Source: Candidatus Bathyarchaeota archaeon
Lineage (GTDB): Archaea > Thermoproteota > Bathyarchaeia > 40CM-2-53-6
Direction: 5' to 3'
NCBI GenBank assembly: GCA_963833125.1
Contig: CAWHWX010000001.1
Coordinates: 64,001-128,000 of the forward strand
DNA: 64,000 nucleotides
Part shown: positions 9,818-20,308 of the stretch, piece after piece
Numbering within the stretch: the stretch's first letter is position 1
Layout of the letters: the number at the start of each line of letters is the position of its first letter
Notes under the pieces: model-generated
Database searches by the model: none
What the model was told of the DNA's origin: nothing
What the model saw: only the letters and a program-made list of their open reading frames with translations
Made by a program: the position numbers and the translations under genes

Positions 9818-11562
9818 ATGCAACCTGAACAAGAGTCTAAGATCGGGTGGGTGGATTGGACCGAGGAAGCATTTCAGAGGGCGAAGGCAGAGAAGAAGCC
9901 GGTTCTAATGGACATTAGCGCGGTTTGGTGCCACTGGTGCCACAGACTCGATCAGGACACTTACGCGGTCCCCGACATAGCCGAATACATTCAAGCTAAT
10001 TTCATTCCGATCCGTGTGGACACAGACAAACGACCAGACATCAACCGCAGATACAACATGGGGGGTTGGCCCACAACCGCCTTCCTAACCCCAGACGGAC
10101 GTGTGATTGGCGGCGGGACTTACTTCCCTCCCGACCAGATGCGTCAACTTCTCGCGACATCAAATCAAACTGGCAGAAATCTCAAGAAAAAACCCCAACT
10201 GTGGCTTTGCCTTCCGAAGCCGAAAGCAGACCTGTCGGTGAATTGTCAAATTCCATCGTAGACGAAATACTTGGGGAGGTTGCCAACAACTTTGATCCCA
10301 TTTACGGCGGTTTCGGCTCGCAACCTAAGTTTCCCAACACGGAAGCTCAAGAATTAGCACTTTTGAAGTATCATTACACTCGGAATCGCGAGTTTCTGGG
10401 AATGGTACTTGTGACGTTGAACAATGCAGGCCGAAGTGGCACCTATGACAAGGAGATGGGAGGCTTCTTCCGATATTCAACATCTAGAGACTGGAGCATC
10501 CCACACTTTGAGAAAATGTCTGAGGACAACGCAAAATGGCTCGAACTGTACATGCACGCCTACCAATCCACCGCCGACCCATTCTACGCTGAAGTGTCAA
10601 GAGGCATTATCGAGTACGTGAACTCGTGGTTAAGTGATCAGAAGCAGGGGTGTTTCTACGGAAGCCAAGATGCGGATGAAGAATACTACAAACTAAGCAA
10701 AGCTGAACGCCTCAAGACAAAGCCACCCTTCGTTGACAAACGAATCTATACCAATTGGAATGCAATGATGATATCCGCATACCTCGATGCCTCCTTCATC
10801 CTAGCGGATCCGTTCCCACGAGAATTCGCACTCAAAAGTCTCGATCGGTTACTTCAGCTCAATTTCAGGAGAAATGAAGGCATGTACCATTGCTATGACG
10901 ACAAACCGCAACTGGAGAACCAGCTTGCCGACCAAGTACAAACCGTCAGTGCATTATGCCGTGCCAATGAATGCACGGGAGAAAGGAAGTACCTCAAGAC
11001 CGCAACAGAGCTGATGAATCTCACCGTAACAAAATTGCATGATCCAGAGTTTGGCGGGTTCTTCGATACTGTAGTTGACCCTAACGCTCCTGGCTTCCTC
11101 GGTAAACAAGCTAAACCCCTCGAAGAGAACAGCGCCGCGGCCCGCGTGCTTACAAAGCTACATCACCTAACAGGAGAACCATCCTATCGAACGCACGCGG
11201 AGGATACCTTGAAGCGTTTCGTGGATTCGTATCTCAGCTTCGGGTTCTCATCGGCCGAGTTCGCGTTGGCCGTTGACGCGTTCATGAATGAACCGAGTAT
11301 GATACAGATCGTTGGATCTCCGGACAAGCCGCAAACCAAGGGCCTACTTGCGGAGGCCAACCGCATCTATGAGCCAAGGAAGATCGTGCAAATCTTTGAC
11401 CCAGGTGTGGATTCCAAGGAAATAGAGGCGAAGGGTTACTCAATGAGTGATATTCCAACCGCCTACGTCTGTGTGGGAAGAGCCTGCACGGCTCCCATTA
11501 CGGAGCCGAAGCAGATTGCGCCGTCATTGGAACAGATGATCACGGCTAACATCAAACATTAA
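9818..11562 (+). CDS. Thioredoxin-domain DUF255/YyaL (SSP411) protein; frameshift near 10155
   Basis: WCHWCH, GGWPTT, GGTYFP, then GGFGSQPKFP, GGFFRYS, PHFEKM and AYVC...C in the second frame. Confidence 0.88.
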
Positions 11563-12002
11563 GCTTCAAGCTTCAGATTATCGACCGCTAGTTTCTTCCT
11601 GATTTCCTCCATTTGTTCTGGGCGCATGAGTTTTCTTGCATTGAATCCGGCGTTGTCGTTTGGGCTTCGAGGGATTATGTGAACGTGCGCGTGGGGTATG
11701 AGTTGGTTTGCGGCAGCACCGTCGTTTATGGAAATATGGGACGCGGCGGCCCCCATCTTGGATGTTATGAGCTTATTCAGAGCGTGTACGTGCGAGTAGA
11801 GTGCACAGAATTCACGCTGGGACATGTCGTTCACACGCTCGAAGTGTGCCTTGGGTAAGACGAGAGTGTGCCCTATAGAGATTGGATACTTATCGAGAAA
11901 TGCAACGTAGCCCTGGTCTTCGTAGATGATGTATGCTGGTGTTGTTTTGCTTACGATGTCGCAGAAGACACATGCCAATTGATGAGCCACTCTAGCCGTC
12001 AC
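11559..12002 (-). CDS. HIT family hydrolase
   Basis: CVFC, GHTLVLPK.H, HAHVHIIPR histidine triad. Confidence 0.92.
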   Translation of the reverse strand: MTARVAHQLACVFCDIVSKTTPAYIIYEDQGYVAFLDKYPISIGHTLVLPKAHFERVNDMSQREFCALYSHVHALNKLITSKMGAAASHISINDGAAANQLIPHAHVHIIPRSPNDNAGFNARKLMRPEQMEEIRKKLAVDNLKLEA

Positions 12003-12073
12003 TAGGTGATAAGGCGAAAGTTAGATAAAACGACTCGCAACTATAGGAATACCTCATCTGTAGGCGAAGAAAC

Positions 12074-12361
12074 TTGCCAAAACGAAAAAGAACGAGGCCT
12101 AAGAAAGCAAGAAGTCGGACCACCAGGAGAACGACGCCGAGAAGGACGTCAAGAACCAGACGAAAGCATGCGGCGCCAAAAGAAACGCACTTCAATGCTT
12201 TGCTTGTCTTCATGATGTTCCTATACATGCTCAGGCTCGTGGACGAAAAAACACTCAAACGAATGCAAAGAGACCTATCCCCTCAGAAGAAACCTCCCAC
12301 GAGGCGTAAAACGAAGCGTAGGGCGAAACCCAAAGCGAAGCGCCAAAGACGCAGAAAGTAA
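12074..12361 (+). CDS. Small extremely Arg/Lys-rich protein with a central hydrophobic helix
   Basis: Basic N- and C-terminal tails around FNALLVFMMFLYMLRLV. Confidence 0.6.
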   Translation: MPKRKRTRPKKARSRTTRRTTPRRTSRTRRKHAAPKETHFNALLVFMMFLYMLRLVDEKTLKRMQRDLSPQKKPPTRRKTKRRAKPKAKRQRRRK

Positions 12362-12394
12362 GGCATATTAGCGATCAGGTGAAGGTGTTGCGTC

Positions 12395-12733
12395 ATGAAA
12401 ACATTTTGCGGAGCATTCCCACTCCTTCCAGGTAAGACGGAAGCTGGGAAAGAGTTTGCGAAGGCATGCATGGGACCCAGACGCGCCGAATTTGCGGAAT
12501 CACTGAAGACACAAGGCGTAACGAAGGAATCATGGTTCCTACAGAAGACTCCCCAAGGCGACATGGTGATCGTTCACTTTGAAGCCGAGGACGTGGAGAA
12601 GGCTTTCGAAATTTTAGCCACGTCAAAAGACCCGTTTAGGGTATGGTTCAAACAACAAGTGAAATCAGTTACGGGAGTCGACCTAGAACAGCCCAGCGAT
12701 GAGCCACCGCCAGAAGAAATCGTGCACATGTAA
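12395..12733 (+). CDS. DUF6176-like small alpha/beta protein
   Basis: FPLLPGK...GVTKESWFLQ...DPF..WFK...TGVDL. Confidence 0.65.
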   Translation: MKTFCGAFPLLPGKTEAGKEFAKACMGPRRAEFAESLKTQGVTKESWFLQKTPQGDMVIVHFEAEDVEKAFEILATSKDPFRVWFKQQVKSVTGVDLEQPSDEPPPEEIVHM

Positions 12734-12948
12734 GCAAGAACCAAGAACGACACGATCCATACTCATTATCTTGAAAAAACTAGGTGAGTATGGGCCACCT
12801 TCAATCGCATTTTCAAAACCCTTCTATCAAGCGGCAACTTCACGTTACCGTCCAATCTCATATCCGCGGTTCTCAGAGAGAAAATAATAGCTTCACTCAA
12901 CTCTCTTGCTTATCTTCACAGGGGGTCTATTGTTCCCGTTGAGTAAAA

Positions 12949-13284
12949 TTGCCACTGAGACCTCTACTCTTGAAGACGCTGGGGAGCGAGGCCCGGTTAA
13001 GGATCCTATTAGTTCTTGCTCGAAGTCGTGGAGAAGATTTGACGATTTACAAGATTGCGAAGTTCAGCGGGTTGGACAGGAAGGTAATACGGAAACATTT
13101 AGGAAAATTAGTTGAAACAAACCTCGTACACATGAAAAGTTACGGCCCAATATCCGTATACAGCATAAACAGTGACAACGGTCCCGTCCAACGAGTAATA
13201 GACCTATTCAACGAAGCACGCCTACTCGCACAAGCACCCTTAGCAACGGTGCAAACAATGCATTGGTACGACATACGTGCATAA
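12949..13284 (+). CDS. Winged-helix (ArsR-like) regulator
   Basis: LGSEARLRIL, TIYKIAK.SGL.RK.IRKHL.KLVE. Confidence 0.75.
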   Translation: MPLRPLLLKTLGSEARLRILLVLARSRGEDLTIYKIAKFSGLDRKVIRKHLGKLVETNLVHMKSYGPISVYSINSDNGPVQRVIDLFNEARLLAQAPLATVQTMHWYDIRA

Positions 13285-13354
13285 ACCGAAAAACCACTTT
13301 TTGTCATCCAGGGAATCCTACCGGTATCTTTAGAGTATTCCCCAACCTCCCGCA

Positions 13355-13768
13355 ATGGGACCATCATTGACTCTCTGGAAAACACTCTACGCGATGGTCT
13401 GGCTTGCTTTCTTGCAAATCGTTATCATCGTAATGCCGCGCTTCACCCTCTACCTCGTTGACGTGCATGCGCTCCTCGGCGTGGTAATCTTGGCATTGGC
13501 GCACTACAACAATGCGAAGATGAAACATACTGAAGCGCCGAATCGGCTTAAACGGATTACAAAAGCCACGGCTATTTTGGCAACGGTTCAGATAATTCTA
13601 GGGGTAATACTCTACGCTAACCTCAGGATGAACGTGAGCATCCCCCTAGTAGAAGTCATAGTCTTCATTCACATTGTAATAGCATTGGCAATTATAACTC
13701 AGGCCGCGTCGGTTGCGACCGCTTACGATATGTGGGAAGACCACGAATACGAGGCTCCTAAGAAATGA
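13355..13768 (+). CDS. Four-TM membrane protein
   Basis: Four hydrophobic helices with conserved-looking His residues; AYDMWE tail. Confidence 0.7.
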   Translation: MGPSLTLWKTLYAMVWLAFLQIVIIVMPRFTLYLVDVHALLGVVILALAHYNNAKMKHTEAPNRLKRITKATAILATVQIILGVILYANLRMNVSIPLVEVIVFIHIVIALAIITQAASVATAYDMWEDHEYEAPKK

Positions 13769-13908
13769 AACTGAGCAGGTTCAGATCCGCATAGAGATTC
13801 CAGAATTCATCTGGGAGCTGAAGTTCGATCCACGCACATTTTGTGACCTATGATTGGTGAGTCGCATTCAAATGCGATTCAGGATAGCTTGGAAGAGGTT
13901 TTGTTCCC

Positions 13909-14802
13909 ATGAGACATAGAATTGGTGTTATCGGTGCTCCGCTCTGTGATGGTGAGCGCGAATTTGGCGTTGAGAATGCCCCTAGGGCGCTTCGTGATGC
14001 TGGCGTCCTCGAGAGTCTGAAGACGCGCTCGGAGGGTAGGGACTTTGGAAACGTCCCGCTCAAAACGCCTCTGAAGGATGAGTTCACAGGGAAAGCCCGA
14101 AACTTGAGGTCGGTTATTGAGAGTTGTCAAGCAATAAAACGCATGGTTTCTCAGCTTGTCAGCAGGGAATATTTCCCCTTGGTAATTGGCGGCGATTGCA
14201 CCCTCGTTCCAGCCGTACTGGCTGGTATTGTATCAGCAGATCATGACATTAGCGTAATTTACTTGGACGGGCATCCAGATTTTCATACTCCCGACACCAC
14301 AAGGTCTGGTTATTTCTCAGGTATGGCTCTAGCTATTACTGTGGGTTCTGGGCCTGACGAATTAACGCACATGGGCAGCCGATTCCCTATCGTTAACCCT
14401 CAGAATGTTCTGCTCGCAGGCCCTCGTGTGGGAAACATAGATCCATCTGAAACTGATGATCTAGCCAAAGTGGGTGTCAGAACGCTCATTCTGGAAAGCC
14501 AGGGAGCTGACAATTTCAGGAGCGAATTAAAACGCCTAGCTGAACAAATTCAGGGACCAGTATACTTGCACTTCGATTGTGATGTAATGAACTCTCAAGA
14601 CATGCCTTCGCTGGCAGGTATGAAGGCTAAGGTTCATTCTTCTGGCGGACTTACCCTCGAAGAAGCATTGTCCGTTTGCAAGGTTTTGTCTGATCTGCCG
14701 CTTGTGGGAATGGACGTTACACTCTACGATCCAACCGCAGACACAGGCGGTATGTGCGCTAAGAAAATTATCAGGCTGTTGGAAAATGTGCTTGTCCCTT
14801 AG
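13909..14802 (+). CDS. Arginase/ureohydrolase family protein
   Basis: GGDC, DGHPD, SG...GM, HFDCD, GGL. Confidence 0.85.
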   Translation: MRHRIGVIGAPLCDGEREFGVENAPRALRDAGVLESLKTRSEGRDFGNVPLKTPLKDEFTGKARNLRSVIESCQAIKRMVSQLVSREYFPLVIGGDCTLVPAVLAGIVSADHDISVIYLDGHPDFHTPDTTRSGYFSGMALAITVGSGPDELTHMGSRFPIVNPQNVLLAGPRVGNIDPSETDDLAKVGVRTLILESQGADNFRSELKRLAEQIQGPVYLHFDCDVMNSQDMPSLAGMKAKVHSSGGLTLEEALSVCKVLSDLPLVGMDVTLYDPTADTGGMCAKKIIRLLENVLVP

Positions 14803-14893
14803 CCTCTAGATTCGCTGACAATTAGTTGAGTGCGCCTGTTCTGTTTTGTTTTTTACAAAGGTGAGCCAACCCAGCTCCCGCTGCGTTAGTATC

Positions 14894-15220
14894 ATGGGCG
14901 GCCGTATTCACCAGGCTACTCTCGGAAACATGCGAGAGCTTCTAAAAAGCGAAAAACCGGTCGTTGTGGATTTTTGGGCTACCTGGTGCGCCCCCTGCCA
15001 CGTCATGACACCGATCCTTAGAGACATGGCTAAGAGATTTGAAGACCGGATAGTCTTCGCGAAAGTGGACACTCAGTACAGCAGGGACTTGGCCCAGCAA
15101 TTTGGAGTCAAAAGCATCCCAACCCTCATCCTCTTCAAGAACGGAAAAGAGTGGGACCGATTGACTGGGGTTAGGAGCCGGTCGGAACTTAACAAGCTTC
15201 TAGAGAAACTATCTTCCTGA
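14894..15220 (+). CDS. trxA: Thioredoxin
   Basis: DFWATWCAPC, SIPTL. Confidence 0.9.
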   Translation: MGGRIHQATLGNMRELLKSEKPVVVDFWATWCAPCHVMTPILRDMAKRFEDRIVFAKVDTQYSRDLAQQFGVKSIPTLILFKNGKEWDRLTGVRSRSELNKLLEKLSS

Positions 15221-15289
15221 GGCTAATTTAATGGCTCTGAGGATCAAGAGAATAATTAGTCTCTCTAAGTGAATCATAGCTGAAGAGTT

Positions 15290-15523
15290 ATGGCTGCGGT
15301 TCGTCCGGAACAGATGCTGAAGATCCTTGAGGTAACGGATTCACTGAATATGCATCGGGAATCAGTCACGATTCCACTCTCGACCGAAGGTGAAGGTAGC
15401 GTTACGATTCTTCCCGACCGGCGCGTACGAATCGTAGTTCCGAGTAACAAGCCATTCGAGGACTGGCTCACCGAGCTACGAGCTCAGTTGTCGAGGATGG
15501 ATCTGCCAACCTCACAGGAGTAA
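15290..15523 (+). CDS. Hypothetical protein
   Basis: 77-aa ORF with protein-like composition filling the gap. Confidence 0.6.
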   Translation: MAAVRPEQMLKILEVTDSLNMHRESVTIPLSTEGEGSVTILPDRRVRIVVPSNKPFEDWLTELRAQLSRMDLPTSQE

Positions 15524-15529
15524 GCTAAC

Positions 15530-16618
15530 TCACTTGTTCGGGTTGGCCCAGCGTAGTATGCTCTCTTGCTCCGAGTCTAGGCCTATCAGGGTCGATACTC
15601 GTACGCCGACGAGGCGGATCTTGCGGGGTGGATTCTCGAATTCTCGGAAGAGTTGTTTTACGTATTCCTCGATGATGGATTTTTCGTTTGTGTACCTCGT
15701 ATGGGTTCTTGCTCGGGTGAAGGTTTCGAAGTCTTCTAGCCTAACCTTGATGCCGATGGTTCGGAAGAGCATTCTTTGAGATTGAACTCGGGCGTGTACG
15801 TCTTGGATGAGGGAGTCAAAAGCCTGCATGACCTTTGTCTTGTCGATCACGTCTTCGTCAAAGGTGGTTTCTGAGCTGATGGATTTGATCGCTGATGATG
15901 TGATGACCTCTTCTTCGTCTATTCCATTCGCTATTTGCCAGATTCTCATCCCATATTTTCCGAAAATCTCAGTCAACCTGCTGGGATGCGTGGAAGCCAG
16001 TTGGCCGATAGTTACGATCCCTGTTTGAGTCAGTACCTCTGAGCTCTTCTTGCCGACTCCACTGATCTTTGTTACGGGCAGAGGGTCTAGGAATTCTCGG
16101 ATTTTCTGTGGCGGAACGCTGGTTAAGCCGTCTGGTTTCTTGAAGTCGGAGGCAATTTTCGCGATGGCTTTGTTCGGGGCGATGCCTATGGAGCAGGTGA
16201 GTTTTGCTTTCTCACGTATTTCCCGCTTGATCGTTTCGGCCAGTGCGGCGGCTTCTTCGAAACTGGATACTTTGTCAGTTATGTCTAGGAAGGCTTCGTC
16301 GATGCTCATTTGTTCAAGTTTCTCTGAGAAAGCTCGAAGCAGTCCGATAATCTGCTCCGAAGCCTGTTCGTATCGAGTGAAGTTGGGGTGTAGGTAGACG
16401 CCGTTTGGGCAAAGCCTGTAAGCGATGGAGATGGGCAGTGCGGAATGTACTCCAAGTTTGCGTGCCTCGTAGGAGCAGCCCATCACAACTCCTCGCCCTT
16501 TTCCTTCCCTTGGGTCCGCGCCGACAATCACGGGTTTCCCAATGAGGGTCGGGTTCTCGCGCTGCTCAACTGAGGAGTAGAATGCATCCATATCGATATG
16601 CAATATGACCCGAGGCAA
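15530..16618 (-). CDS. dinB: DNA polymerase IV (Y family)
   Basis: HIDMDAFYSSVE, SYEAR, SIDEAFLD, AKIASDFKKPDG, IRLVGV. Confidence 0.95.
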   Translation of the reverse strand: MPRVILHIDMDAFYSSVEQRENPTLIGKPVIVGADPREGKGRGVVMGCSYEARKLGVHSALPISIAYRLCPNGVYLHPNFTRYEQASEQIIGLLRAFSEKLEQMSIDEAFLDITDKVSSFEEAAALAETIKREIREKAKLTCSIGIAPNKAIAKIASDFKKPDGLTSVPPQKIREFLDPLPVTKISGVGKKSSEVLTQTGIVTIGQLASTHPSRLTEIFGKYGMRIWQIANGIDEEEVITSSAIKSISSETTFDEDVIDKTKVMQAFDSLIQDVHARVQSQRMLFRTIGIKVRLEDFETFTRARTHTRYTNEKSIIEEYVKQLFREFENPPRKIRLVGVRVSTLIGLDSEQESILRWANPNK

Positions 16619-16774
16619 GGCCTTAGGTTTCGGCTGGTTTCGTCGTTATTCAAGTTTGAGGAGTCTTCTGCGTTACCAGTTATATTCTATTATTTTCAGT
16701 TTCCTAGCTTTCAGTGGCCTGTCAGCTCAGAGTACAACTTGGATCAGCACAGAAGGAGCTACTCACATGAAACC

Positions 16775-17704
16775 TTACCGAGCCACTGCCATTTCCTGCT
16801 CGGCCATGGCTGTGAGCTCCTTTAGTTCAGCTGCGAGACCCTTTCTGATTGCCTGGTCCAGAGGGTAATATGGTGCTCTCGGCGGACCAGCCTTGAAGCC
16901 GCCCAGTTCTGCGCATGCTTTCAACCACGCCACCTCGTTTTCAGCTGTAATGTTCCTGAATAGTTCCGTGAACTTGACATGGAACGGAACGGCTCTTTCG
17001 AGATCCCGCTTCATGCAAGCGTTGAAGAATGCTAGAGTTCCTTTTGGCGTTCCAGGACCCACTACAGACACAATGCTGTTGGCACCAACCATTGCGTCCC
17101 CCAGGAGCCAATTCTCTCCTCCTGAGAACACATTGATACGACTAGAAATGTGACTGACCACCCGTGTCCTGTGAACGACTTCTCCATTAGATTCCTTCAC
17201 AGCTTTGATCCTCTCAAGCTCCATCAGCCTGTCCCAAAATTCAGGCGTCATATTGAAACGGAAGGAGGATGGATTGTTGTAAACCATTATCTGAATCTCA
17301 TCTACGGCATCGTTCACTTGGCGATAATGCTCATAGGCGGCCTCGAAAGTGCAGGGAATCAGATACGGCGAACCTATCATAACCCCATCGCCGCCCGCAT
17401 CTTCGACATATTTCGTACGCCTTATGCACTCAGCAGTATTGTGGAATGTAGTTCCGAAAACGCATGCAATCTTCTGAGTGACATCGACTGCGGTGTCCAC
17501 AACTTTTCTGAACTCTTCGTCGCTTGGAGCATAAAATTCGCCCATGCATCCAAAAGCCAAGTAACCTTGAAACCCTGCCTCCTCATAAGCAGTAATGTTG
17601 CTCTTGAGGCCATCCAAGTCGAGATCTTGGTTATTCTTGACGACAAACGGCATCAATGGAAAAACTCCTTTCAGGGCTTTTCGTGGCATTTTCTCTTGTC
17701 TCAC
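16775..17704 (-). CDS. Dihydrodipicolinate synthase (DapA-like) family aldolase
   Basis: GCMGEF, YNNP, VKES Schiff-base Lys, G.PRAP. Confidence 0.85.
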   Translation of the reverse strand: MRQEKMPRKALKGVFPLMPFVVKNNQDLDLDGLKSNITAYEEAGFQGYLAFGCMGEFYAPSDEEFRKVVDTAVDVTQKIACVFGTTFHNTAECIRRTKYVEDAGGDGVMIGSPYLIPCTFEAAYEHYRQVNDAVDEIQIMVYNNPSSFRFNMTPEFWDRLMELERIKAVKESNGEVVHRTRVVSHISSRINVFSGGENWLLGDAMVGANSIVSVVGPGTPKGTLAFFNACMKRDLERAVPFHVKFTELFRNITAENEVAWLKACAELGGFKAGPPRAPYYPLDQAIRKGLAAELKELTAMAEQEMAVAR

Positions 17705-17750
17705 ATGATTGGAATCTAGCTGTGTCTGTTATAGAACTTGCAGTTTATAG

Positions 17751-17777
17751 TACCGGTAAGTTGGGGTCAGAATCCCC
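17751..17777 (+). repeat. Family B intergenic repeat, copy 1
   Basis: TACCGGTAAGTTGGGGTCAGAATCCCC. Confidence 0.65.
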
Positions 17778-17924
17778 TACACCCTCTCTGATCTTATTCG
17801 GCTCTGTACTAATACTGAAAATGTATGCAAGCATTGCCAGTTCCAGTGACAATTCATCCTACTGGTGCGGGCAGACCGGTTCATCTTCTAATTAGGAATT
17901 CCTTGACGATCGCAGAACGATTGC

Positions 17925-18995
17925 TCAGGTTACTAACACGGTTGTTGCGGTCACGGTATTGTAGCCGTATCCGTACGCATTCCATACGGGTTCGACTGGT
18001 TGCCGAGCGCCGCTTCTATCATATGCCCGAGACATCAGAGCAAATCTTCCGGGTTTCTCCGGGGTCCAAGTTACTGACCAACGCCGCCATGCATAGGAAT
18101 TAGGCGCAATTTCGGATAATTCGGCGGTTTTCCATTCCGAATTGTGAGTTTTGAATTCGACCTTCGTTATTTGGCCGTAGCCCGACCATGCAACGCCCTT
18201 AACACTGCATGATCTGCCGCGCTTGAGAATCGCTTCTTCAGCAGGTTTTAGGATTAAGGATTTGACCCGAATCCGGTCCACCCCATGGTGCAGCCCTTCG
18301 GGCGGATCGTTGTAGACATATCTCTCATTCTGGAAATATCCTTGAAACGGTTCGGTTAGGACACGTACTTCAGTGAGCCACTTCACTGAAGCCATACCGT
18401 ACCATCCAGGCACGATTAGCCTCGCTGGGGCTCCGTGGATCCTCGAGATTGGTCTCTCATTCATTTTGTACGCCAATACTACGTCTTCATGGAGCGCCTC
18501 AGATAACGAGAGGCTTCTCTCAAACGATAATTCGCGACCGGCCTCTACACCCATGTCCGCACCTTTAAAGAGAAGTTCAACTGCGCTGTCTTTTGGCCCG
18601 GCTTTCTCCAATACATCCTTCAATGGCACACCGGTCCACGAGGCAGTGGCTACGGCGCAATCGCCCCAAGGGGTGCTGGGGGGAATGGGGTGCATCCGTG
18701 TCCGGCCATTACCCGCGCACTCAAGCGTAACAACCAGAGTTTTCTCACGCATTCGTGTGATTTCGCTTAGCGGCAGGGCTAGATGATTTTTTACCGCGCC
18801 GATTACACGCAATCTCCATGTCTTAGGATCGATTGTGGGCACTGAGAAATGATTCCGAACATAGAAGGAGCCGCTGGGTGTTATATTTCTACGAAGTAGA
18901 ATCTCTCGCGGAGTTTCAGCATTATAGGGTTCCGTCTCGACAAGGATCGGACGAGCCCCTGCTATTTGTCTGGAACCTTCTTTCAAGTTGCTCAT
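17925..18995 (-). CDS. Sulfite oxidase family molybdoenzyme
   Basis: FYVRNH, LECAGNGR, HGAPARLIVPGWYGMASVKWL, SRAYD..G..QP. Confidence 0.92.
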   Translation of the reverse strand: MSNLKEGSRQIAGARPILVETEPYNAETPREILLRRNITPSGSFYVRNHFSVPTIDPKTWRLRVIGAVKNHLALPLSEITRMREKTLVVTLECAGNGRTRMHPIPPSTPWGDCAVATASWTGVPLKDVLEKAGPKDSAVELLFKGADMGVEAGRELSFERSLSLSEALHEDVVLAYKMNERPISRIHGAPARLIVPGWYGMASVKWLTEVRVLTEPFQGYFQNERYVYNDPPEGLHHGVDRIRVKSLILKPAEEAILKRGRSCSVKGVAWSGYGQITKVEFKTHNSEWKTAELSEIAPNSYAWRRWSVTWTPEKPGRFALMSRAYDRSGARQPVEPVWNAYGYGYNTVTATTVLVT

Positions 18996-19068
18996 CTACG
19001 TTCTAATTTGCACGGAATACTTGAGACTCTCTTCAAGGAACGAAGAGCTTGAAATACGATTAATTCGT

Positions 19069-19218
19069 TCAGCGTTTGCGTTCTAGCGCTTTCATTCGGC
19101 GTTCTAGTTCTTCGATGCGTCTCGTGAGACCGTGGATGGCTTTGTGATGACCGTAACTGTGATCCACGAGATCGTTGAGGAGCTTCTTCAACTCTCGAGC
19201 GGTTTTTTCTTCCACCAA
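19069..19218 (-). CDS. Small coiled-coil protein, 49 aa (not in ORF track)
   Basis: MVEEKTARELKKLLNDLVDHSYGHHKAIHGLTRRIEELERRMKALERKR; heptad pattern. Confidence 0.55.
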   Translation of the reverse strand: MVEEKTARELKKLLNDLVDHSYGHHKAIHGLTRRIEELERRMKALERKR

Positions 19219-19410
19219 ATCCCATCATCCATTAATGGTTATCATGGTTATTTATGGGTAATTTGAGTCAGGTAATTTTGTGTGAGGGTCTACTGGATGT
19301 AGTTTAGGACCGTACCCAATCCGTTGTGGCCTTAGCCGTTCTCGAGTTACAATTTCCACTAAGTAGAAATGAGGCATAATTACCCTTTACGACTGTCTCT
19401 CCCAGTTACC

Positions 19411-19460
19411 TTAAATACTTAGTCGGCATATATACTCATTCTAGATGAGTTCTGGAGGTG
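19411..19460 (+). promoter_or_regulatory. Candidate TATA box and strong SD for the small ORF at 19469
   Basis: TTAAATA at 19411-19417; GGAGGTG at 19454-19460. Confidence 0.5.
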
Positions 19461-19468
19461 TTTTGAGG

Positions 19469-19549
19469 ATGGCTAAGAGTCGCAAAGTTAAGATGAAGTT
19501 AGGTACTGAGCACGACAAGAACGTTAAGCAAGAGGAAATGGTAGCTTAA
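19469..19549 (+). CDS. Small basic peptide, 26 aa (not in ORF track)
   Basis: MAKSRKVKMKLGTEHDKNVKQEEMVA; SD 8 nt upstream and hairpin terminator downstream. Confidence 0.55.
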   Translation: MAKSRKVKMKLGTEHDKNVKQEEMVA

Positions 19550-19561
19550 GGCTACAAAAGC

Positions 19562-19594
19562 GGGTGGATGTGTCCACCCCAATTTTCTTTCTTC
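19562..19594 (+). terminator. Hairpin plus T-rich tract
   Basis: GGGTGGA-TGTG-TCCACCC followed by CAATTTTCTTTCTTC. Confidence 0.55.
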
Positions 19595-19759
19595 ATTATC
19601 TAAACAATCCTTCAGACATTCCGGTCACTGCCAAAGGCGAATGGTTGACTCTGACTCAGAACGCTAAGAAACCGACTGAGCATGACCCTGGAAATACATA
19701 GGAAAAAGTGATTTGAGGGTGTGAATCTGGCGTTCAAGTGTAACTTTACGGGATCATGA

Positions 19760-20308
19760 TTAGATCATTATGGCGGCTGCGATTGCTGTCGTCCAGAGTC
19801 CGTCTTTGTTGCCTTCTGCCGATTGGCAGATGTTTCTTGTGGTGACCCTCATGCCTGATATGTTCCATATCTCTTGCTTAATGTCCCAAGCATTTTCAAC
19901 ATCAAACGACACGCCATGTGTCGAGGCGAGCATTGAAGCAGCCAGATCTTCGGCGTAGTCACCAGCTTTCTCCTGCGTCTGACCATACGAAGTGTGTTCA
20001 GACAGGTAACCGTACACCGCTCTTTCGTACGGTAAAGCCATCCCTATAGCCGCAGCCATCAGCCTGTTCGGCTCATTCGTATCAATCCGGCTCATCACAC
20101 AGAATAGTATTTGACCGGGTTTCAGAAGTGGCAAGATCTCGTGCCTCGACAGTACGTTGCAATTGGGAGGTACGATGCTTGACACATAGACTAGGTTACA
20201 GAAGGCTATGCCTGCATCGCGAAGAGCCAATTCGAAACTTGCCAGTCTTTCTTTGTGGGTACCGACGCCCTTTGTGAGAAATATTTTCTCAGGGATGTTT
20301 ACGTTCAT
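19760..20308 (-). CDS. pdaD: Pyruvoyl-dependent arginine decarboxylase
   Basis: SFELALRDAGI..CNLV.VSSI.PP (Ser-Ser cleavage site), YGYLSEH, AEDLAASMLA. Confidence 0.9.
   Translation of the reverse strand: MNVNIPEKIFLTKGVGTHKERLASFELALRDAGIAFCNLVYVSSIVPPNCNVLSRHEILPLLKPGQILFCVMSRIDTNEPNRLMAAAIGMALPYERAVYGYLSEHTSYGQTQEKAGDYAEDLAASMLASTHGVSFDVENAWDIKQEIWNISGMRVTTRNICQSAEGNKDGLWTTAIAAAIMI

Noticed and set aside
13778-13842. T-loop-like GTTCAGATCC and GTTCGATCC..CGCAC motifs as repeat copies
   Set aside because: Spacing does not match the 24-nt register and the similarity is too short to support.
18992-19228. Listed 78-aa ORF
   Set aside because: Its Ser/Arg-rich composition is typical of an off-frame read; the 49-aa frame at 19069-19218 is more protein-like.
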